Assembly (NCBI RefSeq): GCF_035594765.1
Contig: NC_085842.1
Location: 135,793,036 to 135,857,035 of the forward strand
Source: Anolis carolinensis
Taxonomy: Eukaryota
Direction of reading: 5' to 3'
DNA: 64,000 nucleotides
The notes under the pieces are model-generated. The model did no database searches. It saw only the letters and a program-made list of their open reading frames with translations, and had not been told where the DNA came from. Position numbers and translations under genes: made by a program. Numbering within the stretch: position 1 is the first letter of the stretch; each line of letters starts with the position of its first letter. Shown one piece after another: positions 1 to 10,036 of the stretch.

Positions 1-635
1 TAATGTCTGTTGTGACTACTCATATTATTAATAACATAGCCTAATAAAAATATCTTGGTGTCTTGTTTTTTAGGCCTGTTCCTGGGGTTATCTAGGGTGC
101 TGATTCAGAAAATTGCATGGGAAGAGTGCATTAGCACGTTTCTCAGATATGGTTATCCTGATTTTCTATGGCAGAGCAGATGGCAACTGGCTGTTGGCAT
201 ATGTTAGAGCTGATGGGGGAAATTGGTGCCAGTTTTTGAATTAGTAGGCCAAATGTACATTTGAGGCACCAAAATGTGTGTCGGCCAGTGTAATATATAA
301 AATGATGATGATTATGATAATACCTGTTTTGATTTCTGTTGTTGAAGGATTTAATGGCTGGAATCACTGGGTTGCTGTGAGTTTTCCGGGCTGTATGGCC
401 ATGTTCGAGAAGCATTCTCTCCTGATGATTTACCCAAATCTATGGCAGGCATCCTCAGAGGTTGTGAGGTCTGTTGGAAACTAAGCAAGGGAGGTTTATA
501 TATCTGTGGAAAGTCCAGGTTGGGAGAAATAATTTTTGTCTTGGATAGCCATACAACATACAACAACCCTGTAATTCTTGTCTGTTTGAGGCAAGTGTGA
601 ATGTTGCAAATGGCCAGCTTCATTAGCATTTAATG

Positions 636-926
636 CAGGCACGGGCAAACTCTGGCCCTCCGGATGTTTTGGACTTCAACTCCCACCATTCCTAACAGCC
701 TATTGGCTGTTTATTCATTTATTTTTTACAGTATTTATATTCTGCCCTTCTCATCCCGAAGGGGACTCAGGGTGGATCACAATGTATGCATACACGGCAA
801 ACAGTCAGTGCCGTTTTATTAGGCATACAAGACAGAATGTCAGAGGTATTTCAACATTTTCAGCTGTTAGGAATGGTGGGAAGTTAAGTCCAAAACATCT
901 GGAGGGTCAAAGTTTGCCCATGCCTG
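636..926. mobile_element. hAT MITE (CAGGCATGGGCAAACT-type TIRs) carrying an L2-like 3' fragment (~710-860)
   Basis: TIRs CAGGCACGGGCAAACT...AGTTTGCCCATGCCTG; perfect 8-bp TSD ATTTAATG at 628-635 and 927-934. Confidence 0.8.
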
Positions 927-990
927 ATTTAATGGCTTGTGAGGTCTGTTTCGTTATCATACGGGTCCAAGTTTCCAACAGACCTCACAA

Positions 991-1031
991 TCTCTGAGGA
1001 TGCCTTGCACAGATGTGGGTGAAACGTCAGG
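991..1031 (+). ncRNA. Penelope-type minimal hammerhead ribozyme motif (core intact)
   Basis: TCT-CTGAGGA-tGCCTTGCACAGATGTGGGT-GAAACGTC-AGG: catalytic core, helix II, palindromic ACGT helix III, 3-bp helix I. Confidence 0.6.
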
Positions 1032-1199
1032 AGGAAGGCTTCTGGAACATGGCCATACAGCCCGGAAAACTCACAGCAACCCTGTTTTGATTAATAAGAG
1101 TAATAGCAATAATATATCCATGTGAATAAAATAACGATATTACTACTACTCTGTGTTGTGACTCTTGCGGATACAGCGACCCACGGAGCATCTGTGGGT

Positions 1200-1382
1200 G
1201 CAACTACATTGCAGAATGAGTGCAGTTTGGCACCACTTTAACTGTCATGGCTCAATGCTATGGAATCGTGAGAGTTTTAAAAGGCCTTTAGCCACCCCGG
1301 CCAAAGAGTGCTAGGGGCTCACCAAGCTCCCAGGATGCCATAGCATTGAGGCATGGCAGTTAAAGCTGTGCCAAACTGCCTA
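1200..1382. mobile_element. Palindromic MITE (possibly PIF/Harbinger-derived); related copies near 10590-10800, 12580-12790 and 26560-26925
   Basis: Inverted arms GCAGTTTGGCAC..CTTTAACTG..ATGGCTCAATGCTATGG / CCATAGCATTGAGGCATGGCAGTTAAAG..GTGCCAAACTGC; superfamily assignment tentative. Confidence 0.5.
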
Positions 1383-1399
1383 GAGGAGGAGGAGGGAGA

Positions 1400-1830
1400 G
1401 GAGGAAGGGGCGGCCCCGCTGACGCAGCAAGAGAGCCGGCCCAAGGAAGCCTTGCCGGGGTCCCACGCCAGATGGACTCCTCGGCCATTACCTCTCGCTG
1501 TTGTTGACGATGACGCCGCCGCCCTCCGAGTGGTTCCTGTTCAGCGCCATGGCCGCCGCCGGAGGACTCTGGCCCCTTTGGCCCGCTGCTGCTGCTTCTT
1601 CTTCTCCGCCTCCGCCTCTCCGCCGGCCGGACTGAGTGAGGGGACCAATGCTGCCAAAGCAACACTACGCCAGCACAGCCAGGAACTTCCGGTGTAACTC
1701 TGCTCCCAGGCAACACACAGGCCGGAAGTGGGGAGCGGAGCACGCTGGGAAAGGTAGTTCCTATTTTACAGAAAAAGATCGGGAAGCCTCCATTTTCGTC
1801 GAGACGGCGCTTCTTCCGCGCGGTGCACCC
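1400..1830 (-). promoter_or_regulatory. CpG-island promoter of WBP2 with two ETS/GABP sites
   Basis: GC/CpG-rich stretch around exon 1; ACTTCCGG at 1685-1692 and CCGGAAGTG at 1722-1730. Confidence 0.7.
1492..1550 (-). CDS. WBP2: WW domain-binding protein 2, coding exon 1 (gene continues beyond left edge)
   Basis: ATG at 1550 in GCGGCC-ATG-G context; encodes MALNRNHSEGGGVIVNNSE, matching the WBP2 N-terminus; 59 nt followed by AG|GTAATG donor; inside a CpG island; expected synteny next to TRIM47. Confidence 0.93.
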
Positions 1831-1859
1831 TGGGAAATGCTGCAAGTCGCTTCTGGTAA

Positions 1860-2587
1860 TATGAAACTAAAGCTGACTGGGCATGACAACCAGACACGAT
1901 GAAGACATCTGCCCTTGCGCTTTGCTACTCTGCCGCTGAATAGGCATGCCCAGAGGATGTGGCTCTGAATGAGACAGGCCGCATTATCACAGGATGTCTG
2001 CGTCCCACAACACTGGAGAAATTATACTGTTTAGCCGGCATTGCACCACCTGTTGCTCTATTTCAGTAGCAGCCAACAATGAAAGGACCAAGGCAGTGAC
2101 ATCTCCGGCCCATCTCCTGTTCAGATATCAGCCAGCACGCCAACGCCTTAAATCAGGAAATAGATTCCTAAAATATAGATATTTGCAGGAACACCTCAGC
2201 AATCGAAAGTCCAAAAGTGGCAGCCTCATACCCAGAACCGCAATCAGCAGCTGATACCAGATGAGAGAATCCCCCCTGGACACACAGAAGACTGGGCGAC
2301 TTGGAAGGCGCTGAACACACTGCGCTCTGGCACTATGAGATGCTGAGCCAACCTCAAGAAATGGGGCCACAAAGTGGAGCCCACGACATGTGGGTGTGGA
2401 GAAGAGCAAACCACAAATCACAGACCGCAATGCAGCCTGAGCCCTGCCACATGCACAATAGAGGACCTTCTTACAGTGGCCAGCTACTGGTCAAAGGACA
2501 TTTAGTAGAATGCCAAGTTTTTAAATTTTGCTTGTTTTCAAATACAAATGTACCCTTGGTTCGCTTCTGACACGATAAATAAATAAC
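1860..2587 (+). mobile_element. Vingi (Ingi-related) LINE, 5'-truncated and degenerate 3' portion
   Basis: Conceptual translation gives KTSALALCYSAAE, RIITGCLRPTTLEKLYCLAGIAPP, EDWATWKALNTLRSG and a Cys/His knuckle; ends TTCGCTTCTGACACG-(ATAA)n. Confidence 0.7.
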
Positions 2588-2743
2588 CCTGGGAAATTGT
2601 AGAGATAATGACACAGGCCTGCGCGCTTCTGAGCGAAGGGAGCTATATTATTTTGGTGCAGTATTATTATTGTTTTCATTATTGTTGTTGTTTATATATA
2701 ACTGCACCTATGTCCGTGATGCTTTACAAAAGAAATAAAACAT

Positions 2744-3200
2744 TGGGTTGCTGTGAGTTTTCTGGGCTGTCTGGCCGTGTTCCAGAAGCATCCTCTCCTG
2801 ATGTTTTGCCCACATCTATGGCAGGGATCCTCAGAGGTTGTGAGTTCTGTTGGAAGTTAGGCAAGTGGTAGGCTGTTAGGAATTGTGGGAACTGAAATCC
2901 AAAACACCAGGAGGGCCAAAGTTTGCCCATGCCTGCACTATTGACTCACAGTACAAAGCAAGTAAACAACTGCTGTAGCTATGTCTCAAGATCTCAAGTG
3001 CTGGGTGACTGGTCTTATCTAGTCCTGTACATAAGAAATTGGGAGGGGGCGGAGCAGATTCTAAAACTACATCTATATCTGTGGAATGTCCAGGATGGGA
3101 GAAAGAACTCTTGTCTGTTTGAGGCAAGTGTGAGTGTTCCCCCAGGCTTTGAAGCTGCAAGGCTATTCAGTGCTAATCTAGGTGGTCAATTGCAATTGTT
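2744..3200 (-). mobile_element. Penelope-like fragment interrupted by a hAT MITE fragment (~2870-2935)
   Basis: Homology to 369-635 at 2744-2868 and ~3074-3200; hammerhead core degenerate. Confidence 0.6.
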
Positions 3201-4500
3201 TCAAGGCCTGCTTTCTTCCTACCTCTGTCCAAAATACCCAGGGGACCGAAGTTTGCCTATGCCTGATTTAAACCCTATTTGAATCAATTATTTAGTTTTT
3301 GTTAAGTAAAACCAAAAAGATCAATAGGATTCCATTATAGATAACGTTAGATTGATGTGTTCTTAAACACCGGGTAAACTAGCCCCACAGACTGACTTCA
3401 TTGTCTATGAGGATGATGATGAGTCTGTAAGAGATGAAAAACAGTAAATGAGAATAAGAGAGGAAAAGCAGTATACAGTATTTGTTATTATAGTTCCTGC
3501 TTTTCCTCTTAGAGGCACACTCTGTTAATAATGCAGTTACCTCCTGATTTATTTGCCATCTATGATAAAATCCATTACAATCACACGAAGGCTATTTTAA
3601 AAGAAAAAGCAACCATGTGGATAATTTTATGATTGGTATATTTTTTCTTTAAGAAATACCTGCAGTTCAGAAGCCACACATTTAAAGTCTGTGGCTTCTC
3701 GTGCTATTTTTGCCACAGCTCTAAATTTGTTGTAGTTATACTATGGTGTTTTGGGAAGAAATTCCCTAGCTGGCCCAGATGTGGATAAAACACTCATTTT
3801 TCCAGGGCCTTGGTCCAAATTAAGAAGCGGTAAGCAAGAACTGCATGTATATCCACAACTGGACTCGTTTCCAGCCATGATGGAGCTGCCCAGCCCTGTT
3901 TGGGAGAATAGAAGTGGTGTAAGAAAGTTTGTCATAAAGAAACTTCAAAATAGGTTTGGACCCGTATGTTTCTGTCCTCCATGATCTTAAGAATGGTTGC
4001 AGCACTGTATTCATAAGTGATTTAGCATCCTGAAGGGAAATGTTCTAGTTTAAGCCTGAATGAGTGAGCCAGATAACCAGGAATTACTAAAAGAACAACA
4101 GTAAGTCCTAAAGGCATCATAAATTTGTTCTTACTGCCTTAGCTCTTGCCCAGTCCTACTCCACCCAGAGAGCTATTTGGGGCCTTCCCTGAAAAAGACT
4201 CATCCCTTTGTGACCTTTCTATTGACTTGGCTTGTGCTTTTGATCTCCACATTGTACAATTATTCTCTTCATTAGCATTTTCTTCTTTTTTAAGCCGTCT
4301 CCCTGCCTGCAAGCTATTCTTTTTAAACTAAAACAACTTTGAATGTTCTCTTCAGAAAGGGAGTACAGTTGGTCCTCCACATTTGCAAGTTTGACTTACA
4401 GATTTGATTAAAATGTTCCCACTAGGATTCTCTAGGCTAGGGTTATTCTATGATTAGTTTCTGCTGGGAGTTGGCCACTGCCATGCTGAAGGATCTAGAG

Positions 4501-4816
4501 CAGATCTTCTTAAATTATTTTCCATTTGTGACTCCTTTTCACCCAAGAAAGTTTTACGTCACCTGCATATATAAAATAGGTACACAAATCAAACATTTAC
4601 TGATAACAAATCTGCATTTGTAAGGTGTGCTAAACAGGCTGATTTTTCTTATGAGCCACAGCTGAAGCATCTTCTGCAGAGTCCACTGTAAACAGCAAAA
4701 CAGGTTTGTGTAATGTCTCAAATATTCAGAAAACTTACAGTTATCAATTTTGGGACCCCATCAATGAGCTAAGGAGATCCTATTTGGGGCCAGGGGCCAC
4801 ATGTTAAGAAGTCCTG
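4501..4816. mobile_element. hAT-type MITE nested in an older Tigger-like element; related copy at ~52060-52340
   Basis: Ends CAGATCTTCTTAA...TTAAGAAGTCCTG; TSD ATCTAGAG/GTCTAGAG. Confidence 0.55.
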
Positions 4817-7800
4817 GTCTAGAGATTCCCAGAGAAGTATTCTCTCAGGTAAAACAAACAGTGGATTTTTTCATTTTTCCTATTTTCACATTTAGAGGAT
4901 TTGCTCCTCCCTACCACAAACACTTTAGGGATGACTGTATATAAAATGTAGTGAATTCATATTCACATAAAATTCCTGCATTTGTTCCCAATTTGACAAT
5001 CCATTGAGATTTCCCCACCCATATTTCCCTGATCTCTTCAATGGGTTTAAAGCAAAATAAGTCCCATGCTTCCCTTTCTAAGAAATCTCTCCATACTATC
5101 TCGACCTCCCTCAAAACTCACCCTCCTTAAAGACACATCTGCCCCATTACATATTACAGAACAAGCATAAAGCAGAGTGGAAAGAACAATAGACACATCA
5201 GGATTGTAGTTGCATATTGTTTAATAGAAACTAAATTTCCTCACACACTTCAGATTATAGAACTGTAAGTTTTGAGTTGGAAATCCCCAAAGCAAATGGG
5301 TTAGTAACACTCCAAAATATGGAAAAGTAATAATTGCCCAACACTGTATAAAGAAACAAACACTGTATTCAGCCAATTGAGTAGAAAAAATAACGAATAC
5401 AGCCAGTTTGTTCAGTGTGAACAAATGATCATTCCAGTTTATCCACAAAGGCTTGTTTAAATATCACAACACTACTAGCATAGTAGTCAACTCAGTAACA
5501 ATTGTGTTACTGTTTAATTCACTGATGAAAGTTTTAAAAACTAACTGTGGTGACCACTGTTTCTTGCTGATAGCCAGGAAAATCTGAATAAAACCCAGAC
5601 AGCAAAAACAAGTGAACACACACCATTAACCTCATTAATAATACTATTCATTATGTATAAATATGCGATAGTCTATTTTGTTTGAAGACCAAGCCTTGGG
5701 AGGTAGACAAAATAGGAAACTTGAATGAACTCCTTCAAAAATAATACTGAATCCCTGGAGTACACCAGCATCAGTGGTGAATCGGCATTAATGAAGTACA
5801 CCAGCATTACGTTTTTATTTCTGCAAGAAATACATGAAGAGAAATCTTCGAATTAAAAACAAGTGCCTCCAGGCTAATTATTTTCCTCTTCCTGGAACGG
5901 AAATTTATATTAAGTGTAACAACCTGGAATATGTTACAACTGTACACTTATAAACCAAATGTAACACAAATTATGCATCAAACTAACCATTTTATATCCT
6001 GGAGAAGAAAGATATCCAGTGGATCATCAATTCTACTACCATTTCATATCCAAAAACAGAACAGATTAAACTAGGTTTAACTTTACTTCTTAATGCCCAC
6101 AGAAGTTTGTAACTTCTCACAGGTTAACTCAAATTACCTGACTAGAAACCTTTTTTGCTACTGCAGCCTAGAAGGCAAGTTAGATTTGTCTCCATCCTCA
6201 CCACCCACCCCAAAAAATCTGAATATGCTTAACAGGACTAGATTTATGTTCGGTGCAATATTGTTTATAGTATCATTTTCCTAGGAGGAGTTGGTAGATG
6301 TGATCTGCTGGAAAATATTGATTTTAAAGTTCAGTTTTTTCACAATTTGGAACATTTACTAGATGCCTGAACTAGAAGTCCCATTATCCCCAATCAGCAT
6401 AGCCACTGATTATTACAGAAATTGTCATCCAACATACACCTGAAAGGCACCATGTGGTGAAATCATAACCTGAGAAATGGAAATTCAAACCTTTGTAATC
6501 TGCTTCAAATCTCCCCATTTCCTTTTCATGGACCTGTTCTCAAGAGTCGCTCACTATGGCTTTCATTTTAGCCTTAAAAATATAAGATCTATTGTTTAAG
6601 AACTCAGCAAGAAAGTAACTGGAGAGTACAACTCAAGCAGTACATCTTCCTGCTTTCACTCCAATTTACAGTAATTAATATATTAGAATATCAAGCCCAG
6701 ACAGTTTTTTCTGCCACTTTTTAAGCATCACTAAGAAACACATCAATGTTGTGTTACGACATATTCTAAAGATACTACAATTCATAGGTGCTCAATTTCA
6801 CTTTTATTTAGGCTGGTATCTAAGAATCTAGTCTGAATCTACCATCACATCCACCTTGCTACTGTGAATACAACACAAAAGTATGAAGTGTAGTAACTAA
6901 TAAAGTAAAATAATGGCTGAACTATGTCACAATTGCTTTGTGCCCAGTAATTTTATTTGTTTACATTTAAGCTGTCAGAGAGAGGGCTGTACTCTTTTCT
7001 CAGCACAACTCCCATCTTATCTAATGAGATTTAAAAACAAGCAGTGATCTGCCACATAGGTAAACTCTGATCTAAGTTCACCTTACTGTCCACTTTAAAC
7101 ATGTGGCTTTTTGCACCATCATGATTAGAAAATTGCTTACAACTGCAACTAGCAAGTTGCAATTGTGTGTGGTAATTTGTAACTACAACCCCAGGTAGAC
7201 AGAACTAGAGGAATGTTTGAATATCTACCACATCTAAAACAAGAATAATAGACCTGTTGTTAGTGGATAGTTGGCAGCTTGAGCTGGCTGTCCAAAATGA
7301 AATCAAGAAAAGAATTAGCTTCAGGAACAGAAAGCAGAAAACACCCTACTATTAACAAGAGTCTCCAGGATCATTTTACAAAACACACTCTTCCCAAAGC
7401 TGCTGCCCTCCAGATATATTGGACTTCATCTCCCATAAATATCCTGTTAACTTGGAGGTGCATTAAACATATTTGAAGGGCACTATGTTGGAGCAGGCTG
7501 ATACAACATGTCATCCAGTACTCTACTCAATCTCAATCCCTCAATCTTTTTTCATGGAGAGAATAATCTAATTCAATATATTTCTATAGGGAGGCATGAA
7601 TGACTAGGTCATTTCCCCATAATTATCCTCACTATCTTTTCCACCAAGTTTTACAGGAATATAGACATTGGCACTAATTCTGGCTATTTTGGATCAAGGG
7701 TTATTCTCTAGTTTGGTGTGTTTATTCCCAATGTAGGTGTCTGCTGCTTTTAGTGGCACCAGCAGATTTATACAATAAGATAAGTGCAGCAATTCAAAAT

Positions 7801-8046
7801 ACGTGAAAGGAAAACAAGTTTAGGGCCTTCTAGATTAAACCCAGGAGGCAGAAGCCCTAAGAAGTGCTATCCTGATGAAAACTCAGAAGGAAAAGTGATA
7901 TCAGCAAATGCCTTTCATGTGGTAGTGACAGAGATAAGAATGACAGAGGCTTTTAATCCTAAATCAGTGAGGTGCCATAGTGCCACTAAAAAGGCTTCAG
8001 GTTAGCCTTTCCTGAATTGTGTCTTCACTCCCATACAGTAAACAAA

Positions 8047-8672
8047 TTAACGTCGTTTCAGCACAGAAACACAGTCTTTCTTTAAAGGTCCCAGTTGCAT
8101 GTGGGCATCTACACTTTCAAGAAAAAATGCTGGCTTGAGATTGTGAGAAAAGAAAGTAGGAAACTGGTGGTTGATCTTATTCTGGAAGGGGTCAAAATGG
8201 CCCTTTTTGAAGCGAGCAACTTTGAACTGTTGCAGACAGGTCATCTTGGCATCCTTGACTCCAAAGAAAGTCAGCGCCTTCTCAGAGTACTCCAAGAACA
8301 CGCCAATGGTGTGGAAGAAAGGCTGTTGTATCACACAGTCAAAACCCCCAAACCAGGCAACGTAGTTCTGCCCGTTCCACTGCAGACAGCAGGACTTCTC
8401 ATTCCTGCCCAGGCGACCTCTATCATATGGCTCCTGGGGGTTGAAGTCTTCTGTGATGACCCCGATGCTCACCCAGCCATCGATGATCTCCACTTCCCAA
8501 TAGTAGTTGCCCCGGTTCATGATGTTCTCACCCAGCACCTGCTCACAGTTAATGAACCTGGTGGAGTTCTCAGGGTAGCCAATGGGATTCAACACACGCT
8601 TGGCCCCCTTGGTGCCAAAGAGCTGGAGAAATTTATCAGCTGTATCACTGTCCAAATCTATGATAAAAGCAA
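8047..8672 (-). CDS. TRIM47: TRIM47 exon 6 (PRY-SPRY/B30.2 domain, stop codon)
   Basis: FAFIIDLDSDTADKFLQLFGTKG...YYWEVEIIDGWVS...KPAFFLESVDAHMQLGPLKKDCVSVLKRR*, the characteristic TRIM47 C-terminus; AG acceptor 8673-8674; TAA at 8047-8049. Confidence 0.96.
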
Positions 8673-9961
8673 CTGCATGGAAAGGGAGGTTGTAAAAAAG
8701 GAGGGATTATTATCAAAGCCACATGTATGATTTCATTTTTATTCAGGACAACAAAACATGACAGAAAGCCTTAGCACCTTAACTCAAGCATTTAGGGAAT
8801 TTTGCATTTTACTGCTGTTTATTTCTATTGCTGGAAAACTCTAACCAAAATATAGGTTGCAAAAAGTGGTACTGGTAAGGCTACTGTTTTTGTTTTGCTT
8901 TTTCATAATTAAATATGCATGTATGCTTACATGTGCACTGAACAAAGGAGAGAGACTGAAAGTTTGTGTTGCTCTGACCTTGGTCAGAAAATGTGCTGAT
9001 GCAGCTTAAAAGAGCATCACCAGACGTAACAGGGATATAAATTAATGTTATGAATAGAGATCAGCAAAGATCCTTTTCCACTCTTTCCACACCATCATCT
9101 TCTGAAGCAGATTTTGAGGATTCTCAGAAAAAATAGCCCCCTCTAAAAGGCAAAATGTTTGTGGTCTCTAGCATTTCAGGAAATAGATACTCAACCTGTA
9201 TTAGTTAAATGTATACTTTGCCTTCATTTGCCCAAGGCAGTTTACATGGCTGTCTTCATCTCTCTTTCTACACACTATATCCTTATAATCATGTAAGGTG
9301 GATCTGGAAGAGACCTGTCTGATCCAAGGTCATGCAGCCACAGTGCCTGCAAAGTATATTACCTATGCTGGACCAAAAGATCAATCAGCTGAATTGAGCT
9401 TTTTCTTATATAACTTTTCTATCATGAAATGTAATGGCCACTAAGAATGTTGTGTGTGTTTTCAAGTTGTTTCCAACTTATGGCAGCCCTAAGATCATAT
9501 CATAGGGGTTTTTTTTTTTTACTTCACAAGATTTGTTCAGAGAGGGGGGTTGCCAATGCTTTCCTCTGAGACTGAGCAAGTGTGATTTACCTAAGGTCAC
9601 TCACTGGGTTTCAGTGTCCCAGAAGGGATCTGAACCCTGCTTTCCCAGAGTCCTAAGTCTAACACCCAAACTATTGTCCCATACTGGCCATCAAATGCAG
9701 CCAAAATTAAGCACTTTTCAGTTCTATTGATTTAAATGGGGAAAGACTACATCATGAGCTTAACATTCACATTTTGGTCATGTAACTTAAAAGGATTTAT
9801 TTTTACTTGCATTGTGTCTACAATTTTCATCTTTTATTGGCTTTTCTGCCAGCTTCCTGGTGGGAACCACATTTGTGCACTATACTGAACACTGGCCAAA
9901 ATTGGCCTGTTGACAAAAGGAAAGAAAAGCCAAAGAGGACAACACATAAAAATTGTCTTAC

Positions 9962-10036
9962 ATTTAAGAAAATAATCTCGCGATTCCAGAGAGGCAGGGT
10001 TGGTGTTTTTTTCAGCAATCGGGCTCCCCATAGTCA
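9962..10036 (-). CDS. TRIM47: TRIM47 exon 5 (75 nt)
   Basis: VTMGSPIAEKNTNPASLESRDYFLK; AG/GT boundaries; phase 1-1; RDYFLK conserved. Confidence 0.9.

Larger units (their letters stand above)
337..1083. mobile_element. Penelope-like element remnant with inverted terminal segment, interrupted by a hAT MITE
   Basis: 369-487 is the reverse complement of ~971-1082; same family recurs at 2744, 12300, 45185, 59111 and 60182; carries a hammerhead motif. Confidence 0.75.

Noticed and set aside
1353-1902. Overlapping ORFs of 88-161 aa
   Set aside because: CpG-island artefacts; the real coding segment is the 59-nt WBP2 exon in another frame
8095-8730. 211-aa plus-strand ORF
   Set aside because: Antisense shadow of the TRIM47 SPRY exon; no recognisable domain
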